A DNA stretch of 64,000 nt, taken from an uncultured Woeseiaceae bacterium. GTDB taxonomy: Bacteria; Pseudomonadota; Gammaproteobacteria; Steroidobacterales; Woeseiaceae. The notes under the pieces are model-generated. The model was not told the origin of the DNA. It ran no database searches and worked only from the letters and a program-made list of their open reading frames with translations. Below are positions 26,568 through 37,575 of the stretch, piece after piece. Position 1 is the first letter of the stretch; each line of letters begins with the position of its first letter. The position numbers and the translations under genes are program-made. The stretch lies in assembly GCA_947259285.1 (NCBI GenBank), contig CAMYMR010000003.1, positions 318-64,317 of the forward strand, given 5' to 3'.

Positions 26568-28610
26568 ATGCGAACGGGGTTACCGATTGTGAATGACGCA
26601 CATGGAAAGAAACGCACGGATCGAATTGCGACGCGCACGCAGAAGACGCTGCTGCCGCTGGTCGCTGTCGGCGGTAGCCTCGCGGCGATGCCTGCCAGCG
26701 CGCTTGAACTGGGTGATATCGCGGTGCAGTCGCGACTCGGTCAGCCGCTGCGCGCAAGCGTCGCCTATGCGCTGGCACCGAACGAACAACTGAATTCGTC
26801 CTGTGTAACGCTTGGATTCGGTGCTCCAAGTAGTGGCGTACCGGGTATTGGACCCGCGAAAATCAGCATGGCCGACGGCAGGATTCTTCTGACCGGCAGC
26901 CAGCCGATACGAGAACCTATGGTTGCCGCACGGATCAATGTCAGCTGTCCGCACACAGCGAATCTCAGTCGCGAGTACATGTTGCTCATCGATCCGTCGA
27001 GCCCCGCCTTTGACCGGCCGACAGTGGCGGAAACGCCGGCCACCGCGCCGGTTCCCGCTGCGCGTGAGTCTCAATCCAGGGGCGAGCGAGTTCCCACGGC
27101 GACACGCAAGGTCAGCCAGGCGCCGATCGGCAAAGCGACGCGCTACCGTGTGCAACCCGGTGACTCGCTGTCTCAGATCGTCGAACGCATAGAGAATCGC
27201 CCGGCCGGACTCTGGGCGGCCGTTAACACGGTTTTTGAAACAAACCCCGACGCGTTCATCGATAACAATCCGAACCAGCTGAAGGCAGGAAGCTGGTTGA
27301 CCATTCCAAGCTTCGACGGCAGTGAGCCTGTTGTTGCGCCCGATGCTGTTAGCCAGAGCATCAGCACGAGCAACGACGCTCAAAGTGCTGGCGCAGTTAA
27401 AGACGCGGCTCCGACAACGACCGCGCCGCCTGGAACAATCGAGACGACAACGCCAGCCGCGGCGGCAGAAGCGACCAATGTCCTCAGGGAAGCTGTTACC
27501 GCCACCAGCAGCGACCTCCGCCCTGAAACGGCAGTCGTGGAGAACGATAACCCGTTCGTCGATGGCGCCGAAACGGTGACTGAGGCCGTTGTGATTCCGG
27601 ATACCGAGATTGAAGGTCCTGTGACCAGCTCGACGTCGCCAAACGTTGCGACGGCGGTTATTAACAACGACACGCCAGAAACGACGTCTCCATCGTGGCT
27701 AATGTGGCTTGCCGGCAGCGGCCTCGCGCTAATCATCGGCCTGCTGTTGTTTGGCCGGCTGTTCCGAAGCCGCCCCGTCGATCCTGTCTTTGATGCCGTC
27801 GCGGATCGGCCCCCAAGACCTGCGAGCGACCGGGAGTCGGACGGCATCGAGGTTAGCGAGCACACCGGCTACATCCTCGAGGATGACGCGCCCACCGCGG
27901 AGAATGTTTCGCTGGATGCCGATCTCGCCATGGGGACGGGACTCGAGGACGGCACGGACATGGTAGTTGCGCAGGATTTCGGCTTCGCGGCTCCGCAAGA
28001 GCTCGATCTCGAGCTGCCCTTCGAGCCTGAGCCGGAGGTCGACCAGGCCGATACCGGCATCTTTGGGGCGGCCCCTGACGACGCTGTTGCGATCCTCGAA
28101 GAGAGCACCGCGACAATCGCAGACGATACCTTGTCTGGCGACGAATACGACATGTCCGTCATGCTGGACGCGACAAAGATGCCGCAGCCTGAGGACATTA
28201 CGCAGCGCGACCTGCAGGCGGTGGAAGTCGACCCCGTAGACGAGCACGCCGCGACCGGCGGCTTCACCGGCACCGAGACGATCGCCAGCGAAGCAGAACT
28301 CGAAATCCTCGAGCAGGATTACGAGGATGAGCTCACGGCAACGCAGACAGCGAACAAGGAAATCGAACGCATCGCGGCGGAAATCGCAGCCAATCGCGCC
28401 GAGGCCGAGGCGATGAACAACGATCACGACAGCGATCTGGATGACGAGACCGCGCTGCTGCCCGCAGGAGACGATGAGTACCTTGTCGAAACCGGCATCC
28501 ACGAAGCGGCAACGATCGAGGCGGCAACCGTCGAAATGCCTGCCGCGGAAAATGACGAGACCGCCGAGATGGAAATCGACGGCGGCAAGGTTGATACCAA
28601 GGCGGTCTAG
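26568..28610 (+). CDS. FimV-family paralogue (FimV N-terminal motif + LysM + TM + acidic tail, no C-terminal TPR-like motif)
   Basis: LELGDIAVQSRLGQPLRASV parallels LGDIQLDSALNEPLRAEI of fimV. LysM-like YRVQPGDSLSQIVERI. TM segment WLMWLAGSGLALIIGLLLFG. The C-terminal half is rich in D/E. The exact start is uncertain. Confidence 0.7.
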   Translation: MRTGLPIVNDAHGKKRTDRIATRTQKTLLPLVAVGGSLAAMPASALELGDIAVQSRLGQPLRASVAYALAPNEQLNSSCVTLGFGAPSSGVPGIGPAKISMADGRILLTGSQPIREPMVAARINVSCPHTANLSREYMLLIDPSSPAFDRPTVAETPATAPVPAARESQSRGERVPTATRKVSQAPIGKATRYRVQPGDSLSQIVERIENRPAGLWAAVNTVFETNPDAFIDNNPNQLKAGSWLTIPSFDGSEPVVAPDAVSQSISTSNDAQSAGAVKDAAPTTTAPPGTIETTTPAAAAEATNVLREAVTATSSDLRPETAVVENDNPFVDGAETVTEAVVIPDTEIEGPVTSSTSPNVATAVINNDTPETTSPSWLMWLAGSGLALIIGLLLFGRLFRSRPVDPVFDAVADRPPRPASDRESDGIEVSEHTGYILEDDAPTAENVSLDADLAMGTGLEDGTDMVVAQDFGFAAPQELDLELPFEPEPEVDQADTGIFGAAPDDAVAILEESTATIADDTLSGDEYDMSVMLDATKMPQPEDITQRDLQAVEVDPVDEHAATGGFTGTETIASEAELEILEQDYEDELTATQTANKEIERIAAEIAANRAEAEAMNNDHDSDLDDETALLPAGDDEYLVETGIHEAATIEAATVEMPAAENDETAEMEIDGGKVDTKAV

Positions 28611-28675
28611 GATCGCGGCTGGAATACCCCAAGGGCACGTAGGCCGCCTCTACGGTTCTTAGTAAACCAACACGT

Positions 28676-30919
28676 CTAGGCGACGCCAATCAGACGCTCG
28701 ACTTTACGCCATCCTTGCGGTAGCAGGCTGCCGCGCAGCGCGCGCTCTCCGTAGTAATGATCCACATCGTTCCATTTTATCGTCATCACACGCGTGCCGG
28801 TGTGCACCTGCAGGCTGCCTTCTTCCGGCACCACGGCAGCAGCAACCATCCTCTCCTCGCCACTCTGGAACTTCTTCGCCGGAATGTTGATCAGCTTGTT
28901 GCCCTTGCCTTTGGCGAGCTCTGGCAACTCCTCCATTTCGAAAAGTAGCAGGCGGCCGATCGAACTGACGGCGGCGATCAGGCACTCTTTGTCAGCAGGT
29001 ACCGGAGCCGGCACGACCGCCTTGCCTCCAGCCGGCACACGCAGAATCGCCTTTCCCGCCTTGTTACGAGAGACGAGGTCGCCGAGCTTGGCAACGAAAC
29101 CGTAACCGGCATCGCTGGCGAGCAGGCACTTTTGTTCTGCGTCGCCGATCATGGCGCCACAGAAAGCGGCGCCGTCCGGCGGCTTGAAGCGACTCGAAAG
29201 CGGTTCACCCTGGCCTCGCGCCGACGGCAACGTACCCGCAATAACGCTGTATACGCGTCCGGTGCTGTCGATAAACATGGCCAGCTGATTGCTGCGGCCC
29301 TGCGCCGCGGCGAGAAAACCGTCGCCGGAGCGATAGTTCAGGGCGGCGGGGTCGATCTCATGTCCTTTGGCGGCGCGCGCGTAACCGGCTTGGGACAACA
29401 CGACGGTAACAGGCTCGCTCGCGACCAATTCTGTTTCGTCCAGCGCCTGGGCCGCTTCCCGCTCTACGATCCGGGTTCGTCGATCATCGCCATAGGCCTC
29501 GGCATCCTCGAGAATCTCTTTTTTCAAAAGGGTTTTGAGACGCGCGGCACTTTTCAGCGTCTTCTCGAGCAAATCACGTTCTTCCTGAAGCTCGTCCTGC
29601 TCACCGCGGATCTTCATTTCCTCGAGCTTGGCGAGATTTCGCAAGCGCAGATTCAGGATCGCTTCAGCCTGAATATCGCTGAGCTTGAAGCGCTTCATCA
29701 GCACCGGCTTCGGCTCGTCCTCTTCGCGAATGATCGCGATGACTTCGTCGATATTGAGATAAGCAACCAGCAGACCGTCAAGCACATGCAGACGAGCATC
29801 GACAATCGCGAGACGATGAGCGAGGCGTCTCTTCACCGTCGCCTTGCGGAACGTCAGCCATTCTTTCAATAACTCGAGCAGATTGAACAATCGCGGTTTG
29901 CCGTCCAGACCGATGATGTTCATGTTGACCCGCGCCGTTCGCTCGAGCGAGGTTGTCGAAAACAGATGTGACATCAGCTGCTCGACGTCCACGCCGCGCT
30001 TCTTGCTGATAACAAGACGCGTTGGTTCCTCGTGATCGGACTCGTCTCGAAGGTCATCGACCTGCGGCAACTTCTTGTTGCGCATTTGTGCGGCTATTTG
30101 CTCGAGAATCTTGCTGCCGGAAATCTGGTGCGGTAGCGAGTCGATAATAATGTCGCCACTCTCGACCTTGTAGGACGCCCGCAGTCGCAGCGTACCGCTG
30201 CCGGTCTCGTACATTTCGACGATCTCGTCCCGGGACGAAACGAGTTCCCCCCCGGTTGGAAAATCAGGACCCTTGATATGCTTCATCAGCTGCCTGACGG
30301 TGGCCTTCGGATTGTCGAGCAGGTGCACAAGAGCACTGGCGACTTCGTTCAGGTTATGCGGCGGCACGTCAGTCGACATTCCGACGGCAATACCGGTCGT
30401 GCCGTTCAACATCAGATTGGGCAGCCGCGCCGGAAGTACTATGGGCTCGTTCATTGTGCCGTCGAAGTTCGGTACCCAGTCGACCGTGCCGTCGCCGAGT
30501 TCCGAGAGCAGGCTCTTTGCATAAGGCGTCAGCCGGGACTCGGTATAGCGCATCGCCGCAAACGATTTTGGATCGTCGGTGGAACCCCAGTTGCCCTGCC
30601 CGTCGATGATGGTGTAGCGATAGGAGAAGTCCTGGGCCATGAGCACCATCGCCTCGTAACAGGCCGAATCACCGTGCGGATGAAACTTGCCGATAACGTC
30701 GCCGACCGTACGCGCCGACTTTTTGGGCTTCGAACTGGCCGAGAGACCCAGTTCGCTCATGGCGTAGATAATACGTCGCTGGACCGGCTTCAGGCCGTCA
30801 CCGATTTGCGGCAGCGCGCGATCGAGGATGACGTACATCGAGTAATCGAGGTAGGCCTTCTCGGTATAGTCTTTCAGCGACTGCTGCTCTACGCCCTCGA
30901 GATTGAGACTGTTTTGCAT
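28676..30919 (-). CDS. parC: DNA topoisomerase IV subunit A
   Basis: 747 aa with [28 protein letters not shown] and the active-site AAMRYTE motif. It lies downstream of parE. Confidence 0.93.
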   Translation of the reverse strand: MQNSLNLEGVEQQSLKDYTEKAYLDYSMYVILDRALPQIGDGLKPVQRRIIYAMSELGLSASSKPKKSARTVGDVIGKFHPHGDSACYEAMVLMAQDFSYRYTIIDGQGNWGSTDDPKSFAAMRYTESRLTPYAKSLLSELGDGTVDWVPNFDGTMNEPIVLPARLPNLMLNGTTGIAVGMSTDVPPHNLNEVASALVHLLDNPKATVRQLMKHIKGPDFPTGGELVSSRDEIVEMYETGSGTLRLRASYKVESGDIIIDSLPHQISGSKILEQIAAQMRNKKLPQVDDLRDESDHEEPTRLVISKKRGVDVEQLMSHLFSTTSLERTARVNMNIIGLDGKPRLFNLLELLKEWLTFRKATVKRRLAHRLAIVDARLHVLDGLLVAYLNIDEVIAIIREEDEPKPVLMKRFKLSDIQAEAILNLRLRNLAKLEEMKIRGEQDELQEERDLLEKTLKSAARLKTLLKKEILEDAEAYGDDRRTRIVEREAAQALDETELVASEPVTVVLSQAGYARAAKGHEIDPAALNYRSGDGFLAAAQGRSNQLAMFIDSTGRVYSVIAGTLPSARGQGEPLSSRFKPPDGAAFCGAMIGDAEQKCLLASDAGYGFVAKLGDLVSRNKAGKAILRVPAGGKAVVPAPVPADKECLIAAVSSIGRLLLFEMEELPELAKGKGNKLINIPAKKFQSGEERMVAAAVVPEEGSLQVHTGTRVMTIKWNDVDHYYGERALRGSLLPQGWRKVERLIGVA

Positions 30920-30936
30920 CTTAGGTCCTTTACGTC

Positions 30937-32826
30937 CTATACCTCCGCGAGATCACCCTTGGTCTCAAGCCATTTGCGGCGGTCTTTCGAACGCTTCTTG
31001 GCGAGCAGCATGTCCATCACCTGCTCGGCCTTGTCTTTGGCGTTCACCGTGAGTTGAACCAGTCGTCGGGTATCGCGGTTCATCGTCGTTTCCCTCAGTT
31101 GCGACGGGTTCATTTCACCGAGGCCCTTGAACCGCGTGACGGTGATTTTGCCCCGCCTCTTCTCGGCTTCGATGCGATCGAGGATCCCCTTTCGTTCGCC
31201 TTCGTCCAGCGCGTAGAAGACTTCCTTACCTACATCGATGCGATACAGGGGCGGCATCGCGACGTACACATGACCGGCCATGACCAGTTCACGAAAGTGC
31301 CGCAGAAAAAGCGCGCAGAGCAGCGTGGCAATGTGCAGACCGTCCGAGTCCGCGTCGGCAAGTATGCAAATCTTGTGGTAGCGAAGCCCGTCGATGTTGT
31401 TGGCACCTGGATCAACGCCCAGGGCCACGGAGATGTCGTGCACTTCCTGGGACGCCAGGATCTCGCCGGAGTCAACTTCCCAGGTATTCAGAATCTTGCC
31501 ACGCAGCGGCATGATTGCCTGCGTTGTGCGGTCACGCGCCTGCTTGGCCGAACCGCCGGCAGAATCGCCTTCTACCAGGAAGATCTCGCAAAGCTCCGGC
31601 TCCTGCGACGTGCAGTCTGCAAGTTTCCCCGGCAATGCCGGACCGGAGACGATCTTTTTGCGAACCACCTGCTTTGCAGACTTCAGGCGTCGCTGCGCTT
31701 TGCCAATCGCAAGCTGCGCGATCTGATCGCCGGTTTCGGGATGCTGATTCAGCCACAGGGCGAAATTATCCTTGATGATTCCGGCAACAAAGGCCGCGGA
31801 TTCGCGTGACGACAGGCGCTCTTTGGTTTGTCCTGAAAACTGCGGGTCCTCAAGCTTGGTACTCAACACATAACTCAGACCGTCCCAGACATCTTCTGGC
31901 GCAATACTGACGCCGCGCGGCAGCAGGTTTCTGAAATCACAAAACTCGCGCAACGCATTCGTCAGGCCGGTGCGAAGTCCGTTGACATGTGTCCCACCTT
32001 GCGGCGTCGGGATCAGGTTGACATAGCTCTCCGTCACGCTGGCGACCCCATCGGATGTCCACACCAGCGCCCAGTCGAGCGCCTCGTTGTTGCCCGTGAC
32101 ACTGCCACCGAATGGCTCTGCCGGGAGGGTCTCCGCCGCGTCGATCTCCTCGAGCAGATACTCCTCCAGGCCACCGGCGTAACACCATTCGAACTTCTCT
32201 TTGGTCTTTTCGACCTTGAGGCGGACAGTGATGCCGGGACACAGCACTGCCTTTGCGCGCAGCGCGTGTTTCAGGCGGGCAACCGAAAATTTCGCCGAAT
32301 CAAAATACTTCGCATCCGGCCAAAAACGAATTGTAGTGCCAGTATTTGCCTTGCCGACCTTGCCGACTACTTCGAGCTTGCCGCGCTTCTTACCGCCGGC
32401 GAAGCTCATGTTGTATTCCTTGGCACCGCGACGAATCCATACTTCGAGATTCTTCGACAAGGCGTTTACCACGGACACGCCGACACCGTGCAGTCCGCCA
32501 GAGTACTGGTAGTTTTCACTGGAAAACTTCCCACCCGCATGCAGCCGCGTGAGTATCAGTTCGACCCCCGGGATCTTTTCCTTGGGATGCTTGTCGACGG
32601 GCATACCTCGGCCGTCGTCGGTAACCTCGAGCGAGCCATCTTTATAGATAGTGACGTCGAGTTTCTTGCAGTAACCCGCGAGCGCCTCGTCGATGCTGTT
32701 GTCGATAACCTCGTGAGCGAGGTGGTTCGGCCGCGTCGTGTCGGTGTACATACCCGGCCGGCGTCGAACAGGTTCGAGTCCGCTAAGGACCTCGATGTCC
32801 GCAGCGTCGTATCGTTTACTCATCAA
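30937..32826 (-). CDS. parE: DNA topoisomerase IV subunit B
   Basis: 629 aa with GHKL ATPase and TOPRIM motifs ([23 protein letters not shown]). It is shorter than GyrB. Confidence 0.93.
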   Translation of the reverse strand: MMSKRYDAADIEVLSGLEPVRRRPGMYTDTTRPNHLAHEVIDNSIDEALAGYCKKLDVTIYKDGSLEVTDDGRGMPVDKHPKEKIPGVELILTRLHAGGKFSSENYQYSGGLHGVGVSVVNALSKNLEVWIRRGAKEYNMSFAGGKKRGKLEVVGKVGKANTGTTIRFWPDAKYFDSAKFSVARLKHALRAKAVLCPGITVRLKVEKTKEKFEWCYAGGLEEYLLEEIDAAETLPAEPFGGSVTGNNEALDWALVWTSDGVASVTESYVNLIPTPQGGTHVNGLRTGLTNALREFCDFRNLLPRGVSIAPEDVWDGLSYVLSTKLEDPQFSGQTKERLSSRESAAFVAGIIKDNFALWLNQHPETGDQIAQLAIGKAQRRLKSAKQVVRKKIVSGPALPGKLADCTSQEPELCEIFLVEGDSAGGSAKQARDRTTQAIMPLRGKILNTWEVDSGEILASQEVHDISVALGVDPGANNIDGLRYHKICILADADSDGLHIATLLCALFLRHFRELVMAGHVYVAMPPLYRIDVGKEVFYALDEGERKGILDRIEAEKRRGKITVTRFKGLGEMNPSQLRETTMNRDTRRLVQLTVNAKDKAEQVMDMLLAKKRSKDRRKWLETKGDLAEV

Positions 32827-33081
32827 TCAGATAGCCAGTTATCAGATTGCCAGAAGGTGCCCGGCGCGATTCTAGCCTGAATGAAAAGCAGACGCACCCC
32901 AAGCGCACTTCCTTCAGGGCACTCCCGACAGAACATGCGCAGCAACGTCTTGAAAAGTGCTGTTGCGCGCAGAAAACAAGAAAGGAACGAGCGAGAAAGC
33001 GGAGTTTACACGGAGTAAATGAGCATTTTGAGATCGCTCCTGACGCCGTTAGTTGCCGCTACGGCGCTTTTCATGGCGCTG

Positions 33082-33675
33082 CTAGTCGAAATCGGCGACC
33101 AAAGACTCCCGAATATTCTCGGCAACCGGGCCTATTTCGACTCGGTAATTCTCGTGATCGATGCCGGCAGCCAGGGAGGCGCCGGCCTTCAATGCGGCCA
33201 CCTGCTCGGCAGGGAATTCGAACCGCATGAAGTGCACGGCCGATGTCTTCTCTTCATCGGAGCGCTCGAGATCTTCATCGGCAATCGCAAATACGCGGTC
33301 AAAATCTGCAACCTGCACGTAGACGCGATTCTCGATGCCGTTTAGTTGCGTCAGCATGGCGCGACGCTCCTCGACCTCCGGAAACTCGATCATGAACGTC
33401 GCTTTCCAGTTCGACCCGTCTGGTATCAGCGGATTGTATGCCTCCAACTCCTCGTTGATACCGTCGGCCTCGAAGATTCGCTCGATACGGAGCATTTCCT
33501 GCACCTGGTACTGCATGGTCAGAAAATCTTCGAAATACAGCGCAGCATTCGTACCCAGCGCCAGGCGTCGATTGCGTTTATGAGCCAGGACCTTTTGCCG
33601 AAAAGCCGGTCGTGCTTCGGCGTACTGTTCCAGGCTAAAAAGTTTGTCACGCGTCAATTTTTGCATGGTGTTCAT
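33082..33675 (-). CDS. DUF3501-family protein
   Basis: 197 aa with no recognisable catalytic motif. The family assignment is from memory of the rubrerythrin/Fe-S/DUF3501 gene trio. It has a 4-nt ATGA overlap with the upstream Fe-S gene. Confidence 0.55.
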   Translation of the reverse strand: MNTMQKLTRDKLFSLEQYAEARPAFRQKVLAHKRNRRLALGTNAALYFEDFLTMQYQVQEMLRIERIFEADGINEELEAYNPLIPDGSNWKATFMIEFPEVEERRAMLTQLNGIENRVYVQVADFDRVFAIADEDLERSDEEKTSAVHFMRFEFPAEQVAALKAGASLAAGIDHENYRVEIGPVAENIRESLVADFD

Positions 33676-35018
33676 ATTCCGTAGGCCATTCTCAGGAGAC
33701 TCATCGGGCTGTTCGCTTTGTGATCGTCGAGATCCTGAACGATTTGTTCCGCCGCCATCGGACAGTCGCTGGCAAAATGATCGGCTTCCGCCTTTTTCAA
33801 TTTGTTCGCGACGGGACGCGCGATCTTCTTCGATACACCGTGGAACTCTTTCTTGACCGCGTAGGTACCGTCATGCCCGGAGCAACGTTCAATCGCTTCG
33901 ACCGTCGTATCGGGCACGAGTTGCAACGCGTCGCGCGTCTTCAGCCCGATATTCTGCACGCGCAGATGGCAAGGAACCTGGTAAGAAACCTTCCCAAGGG
34001 ACGTCTTGAAATTCGTCTTCAGCTTGCCCGCCTTGTGTCGCAGCATCAGGTATTCGAAGGGGTCGAACATTGCCGCTCGGACCTTGGCAACATCCGGGTC
34101 GTCAGGAAACATCAGCGGCAGTTCCTGCTTGAACATGAGCGTGCACGAAGGGATCGGAGTGACGATATCCCATCCGGCATCCACCATCGCCGCAAGCACG
34201 GGAATATTGATTTCTTTCGCTTTTTGAACCGCGTCGAGGTCTCCCAGCTCCAACTTTGGCATGCCGCAGCAGACTTCTTTCTCCGCGAGCGCCATCGGGA
34301 TATCGTTGTGCTCGAAAACCGCAACGAGATCTTCGTCGATCTCCGGATGATTTCGGTTGCCGTAGCAGGTCGTGTAGAGCACGACCTTGCCACGCGTAGC
34401 TTCCGTCGCATCGCCGGCCACCTCACCGACATCGTCGAGGCGCTTGAGTCGCTTCCTCGCTGTCTTCGCGTGGTACGGAGGCACTGGCGCATCGCGATGC
34501 ACGCCCAGGGTACTCTCCAGCAGTTTGCGGCCAGTCTTGCTGCGGTTGATCGCATTAACGGCGTTCACGACGACCGGAATCCCGGCGAGCGCTCCAACCC
34601 TGTCAGTGGAGCTCAATACCTTATCCCGGAACGACGCGCCTTGTTTCTTGAAGCGCGCCGCTTTGGCGCGCAGCATCAGATGCGGAAAATCGACATTCCA
34701 CTCGTGCGGCGGCACGTAGGGACACTTCGACATGTAACACATGTCGCAGAGGTAGCAGTGATCAACGACATCCCAGTAGACTTCCTTGGGCACGCCATCG
34801 AGTTCCATCGTGTCGGACTCATCGACGGCGTCGAACAGCGTCGGAAACGAGTTGCAGAGGTTGAAGCAGCGGCGACAGCCATGACAGATGTCGAATACAC
34901 GTTCGAGTTCCTCGAACAGCGGCACCTCGTCGTAAAAAGCATCCGACTTCCAGTCGAGCGGGTGTCGCGTCGGCGCCTCAAGGCTGCCCTCGCGCCTGCC
35001 TTCGGAGTTGCTCATCAA
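33672..35018 (-). CDS. (Fe-S)-binding protein with two 4Fe-4S ferredoxin motifs and CCG (HdrD/GlpC-like) domains
   Basis: CHGCRRCFNLCNSFP and CYLCDMCYMSKCPY clusters, with downstream Cys-rich CCG-type motifs (TTCYGNRN...CCGMP, PSCTLMF...CSGHDG). Confidence 0.8.
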   Translation of the reverse strand: MMSNSEGRREGSLEAPTRHPLDWKSDAFYDEVPLFEELERVFDICHGCRRCFNLCNSFPTLFDAVDESDTMELDGVPKEVYWDVVDHCYLCDMCYMSKCPYVPPHEWNVDFPHLMLRAKAARFKKQGASFRDKVLSSTDRVGALAGIPVVVNAVNAINRSKTGRKLLESTLGVHRDAPVPPYHAKTARKRLKRLDDVGEVAGDATEATRGKVVLYTTCYGNRNHPEIDEDLVAVFEHNDIPMALAEKEVCCGMPKLELGDLDAVQKAKEINIPVLAAMVDAGWDIVTPIPSCTLMFKQELPLMFPDDPDVAKVRAAMFDPFEYLMLRHKAGKLKTNFKTSLGKVSYQVPCHLRVQNIGLKTRDALQLVPDTTVEAIERCSGHDGTYAVKKEFHGVSKKIARPVANKLKKAEADHFASDCPMAAEQIVQDLDDHKANSPMSLLRMAYGI

Positions 35019-35071
35019 AATAGTGGCGATGAATCATGCCGGGTCGGACGACCCGGCAATGATGTCACTGC

Positions 35072-35491
35072 CTAGTCGTCGAGCGAGTCGAGCGCTTTCT
35101 GGAAACGATTCGCGTGAGAACGCTCGGCTTTCGCCAGCGTCTCGAACCAATCGGCGATTTCGTCAAAGTCTTCGTCGCGCGCCGTCTTGGCCATACCCGG
35201 GTACATATCGGTGTACTCGTGCGTTTCGCCGGCGATTGCGGCCGCCAGGTTCTGCGCGGTGCCGCCGATGGGCAGGCCCGTCGCAGGATCGCCCACTTCT
35301 TCGAGATACTCCAGGTGCCCGTGCGCGTGCCCGGTTTCGCCTTCTGCCGTTGAGCGAAAGACAGCGGCGACATCGTTGTAGCCTTCGACATCCGCTTTCG
35401 CTGCAAAATAGAGGTAACGACGGTTCGCCTGAGACTCCCCGGCAAATGCGTCTTTGAGGTTGTTTTCTGTCTTGCTGCCTTTTAGTGACAC
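35072..35491 (-). CDS. Rubrerythrin-family di-iron protein (no rubredoxin domain)
   Basis: Start moved to GTG 35491 ([26 protein letters not shown]) behind GAGAGG. EX..H di-iron motifs are present ([27 protein letters not shown]). Confidence 0.85.
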   Translation of the reverse strand: MSLKGSKTENNLKDAFAGESQANRRYLYFAAKADVEGYNDVAAVFRSTAEGETGHAHGHLEYLEEVGDPATGLPIGGTAQNLAAAIAGETHEYTDMYPGMAKTARDEDFDEIADWFETLAKAERSHANRFQKALDSLDD

Positions 35492-35677
35492 TGTAGGTTT
35501 CCTCTCAGATGATTGATGGGTAATTAGACCGAGTCTAATGGACATTGACTCTATGCCTCTGCCGTTTTGCTGTCAACCGTGGATACTGCGGCTGGACATC
35601 CTGTAGCGATCGAGACACATTGACGGGATCTGAGGCTCCCTGTAGCGTACGCACGCAATCTGTTTGGAACCTTAGCG

Positions 35678-35917
35678 ATGAGCTCGGCGAAAAAATTCAA
35701 CCTCGAAAAAGCGTTGTCAGACCTGGAAACGCTGGTCGAAGAACTCGAGTCCGGCGACCTGCCGCTCGAGAAGGCGATGAAAAAGTTCGAGGACGGCATC
35801 AAGCTGACACGCGGCTGCCAAAGTGCGCTCAAAGATGCCGAACAAAAGGTAGAGATCCTGATGAAGAGCGCGGGCAGCGAAGAACTCGATGACTTCCTGA
35901 TTGACGACGAGGATTAA
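35678..35917 (+). CDS. xseB: Exodeoxyribonuclease VII small subunit
   Basis: 79 aa with FNLEKALSDLETLVEELESGDLPLEKAMKKFEDGIKLTRGCQSAL. Confidence 0.9.
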   Translation: MSSAKKFNLEKALSDLETLVEELESGDLPLEKAMKKFEDGIKLTRGCQSALKDAEQKVEILMKSAGSEELDDFLIDDED

Positions 35918-36038
35918 CGCTGGCGCTTTGCTTCGCCGATCGTCAAGCACCCTGTAGGAGGCCGCCCCGGCGGCCGACATCCTGACGCGGCCTGACGGCC
36001 GCCGCTTCGCTTCGCACCCCGAGGGCACGTCGGGCGCG

Positions 36039-36080
36039 GGGGACATTCTGCTTTTCTCCCGAGAAAAGCAGAATGTCCCC
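36039..36080. repeat. REP-like palindromic hairpin, copy 2 of 3
   Basis: GGGGACATTCTGCTTTTCTC-CC-GAGAAAAGCAGAATGTCCCC followed by TTTTATT. It ends 3 nt before the stop of the minus-strand M20 gene and lies downstream of xseB. Confidence 0.8.
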
Positions 36081-36082
36081 TT

Positions 36083-37396
36083 TTATTCCTGTAGCAAGGT
36101 CAATAAGGCCACCACGGTTGACTCGACGCCCGCCGTCACCGAAGGCTCCGGCGATATCTTGAACAACGGCGAATGGTGGCTGGGCACCGCAGGCCCACCG
36201 GCCCGCTCGGCCTCGAAGGCCTCGGCGGGTGTGCCACCGATCGCCCAGTAGACGCTCGGAATATCGGGATCTTCTGCGAAAAACGGGAAATCCTCCGCAC
36301 CCATCCCCTTCGTGGGAATGTCCACCACCGCCTCATCACCCATCGCGTCCACCCAGGCCACTTTCAGGCGCCGAGCCAGCTCCGCGTCGTTCTTCGTTGG
36401 TGGAACGCTCTCGTCAGAAACGATGACCTCGGGCAATTTGTCCTCCGGCAAGCCGGCAACCCGTCCCATGTTCTCGGCGATACGCCGGATACCGGCGAGC
36501 AGAATGTTTCGTGTCTCCTCATTGGTATTCCTGACGGTCAGCTGCAGGTGCGCACGATCCGAAATGATGTTGTGCTTGGTACCCGAGTGAAAGGAACCGA
36601 CTGTCACCACGCCCGGGTCACGCGGTGACAATTCCCGCGAAACCAGGGTCTGCAGCGCGAGCACTATCTGGCTCCCTAAAACGATCGGGTCTTTGCCTCG
36701 ATGCGGACTTGCTCCATGAGCCCCCACGCCGTGAATGATGATATCGACCGTATCGGCTCCAGCGTAAGGGCTGCCCTCCGAGACGTTGATCACGCCGGCA
36801 ACGTCACTCGACGAGACATGAAATGCCAGTGCGTAGTCGGGCTTTCCAAACCTGCCCCAGAGATTGTCGTCCTTCATCGCCCGCGCGCCGAGAACGCGCT
36901 CTTCGGCCGGTTGCACCAGGAGCATCAGCGTGCCATTCCAGTCGTCTTTTCGTGCAGCCATCTGGCGTGCCGTGCCGACGAGGCTCGTGATATGCACATC
37001 GTGCCCGCAAGCGTGCATCGTGAAGACCTCGGTGCCGGTGATAGGGTCCGTCTGTTTTGCTCGCGACGCATTCTCCAGACCGGATTTCTCTTCGACCGGA
37101 AGCCCGTCCATGTCGGCCCGCATCATGACCAATGGACCCGGACCGTTCTTCAGCATTGCCACGACGCCGGTGCCACCAACATTTTCGGTAACCTCAAACC
37201 CTGCGGCTCTCAGCTCTGCTGCCATGCGCTTCGCCGTCTCGTATTCGACGGTGGATAGCTCCGGGTTGCGATGGAAATGATCGAATAGATCGGCGAGATA
37301 GCTTTCGTAGTCTTTTTGCACCGCAATGTTCAGATCGCTCGCAAGCGCAGGCACGGCGACAAGGACTGCCATGAAACAGAAAATGCGTTTGATCAT
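36083..37396 (-). CDS. M20D-family amidohydrolase (aminoacylase/hippurate hydrolase-like) with signal peptide
   Basis: Start chosen at ATG 37396 (MIKRIFCFMAVLVAVPALA) behind AGGAA. HACGHDVH and GAEDF motifs are present. Confidence 0.8.
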   Translation of the reverse strand: MIKRIFCFMAVLVAVPALASDLNIAVQKDYESYLADLFDHFHRNPELSTVEYETAKRMAAELRAAGFEVTENVGGTGVVAMLKNGPGPLVMMRADMDGLPVEEKSGLENASRAKQTDPITGTEVFTMHACGHDVHITSLVGTARQMAARKDDWNGTLMLLVQPAEERVLGARAMKDDNLWGRFGKPDYALAFHVSSSDVAGVINVSEGSPYAGADTVDIIIHGVGAHGASPHRGKDPIVLGSQIVLALQTLVSRELSPRDPGVVTVGSFHSGTKHNIISDRAHLQLTVRNTNEETRNILLAGIRRIAENMGRVAGLPEDKLPEVIVSDESVPPTKNDAELARRLKVAWVDAMGDEAVVDIPTKGMGAEDFPFFAEDPDIPSVYWAIGGTPAEAFEAERAGGPAVPSHHSPLFKISPEPSVTAGVESTVVALLTLLQE

Positions 37397-37575
37397 CAGG
37401 ATTCCTGTCTTTTCGTTTTCGGACAACTGCTGCCCGCGAAGTCTAGCCACAAAAGGCCGCTGCTGCAGACGACACGAAATCTAGCAGACAATCAGTCGGC
37501 GCGAAACGTCCACGAACGAGCAGAGCGCGGGACCTGTAATGACCCGCTCAGGACCAAGCAAGCTCGGGATATGAC

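Noticed and set aside
33720-35075. 451-aa plus-strand ORF antisense to the CCG Fe-S protein gene
   Set aside because: The minus-strand product has textbook Fe-S cysteine motifs. The plus-strand translation has none and is R/H/L-rich.
35492-35545. ATG 35545 as the rubrerythrin start
   Set aside because: The extra 18 residues (MSIRLGLITHQSSERKPT) are not rubrerythrin-like. The GAGAGG Shine-Dalgarno sequence lies inside them, just upstream of GTG 35491.
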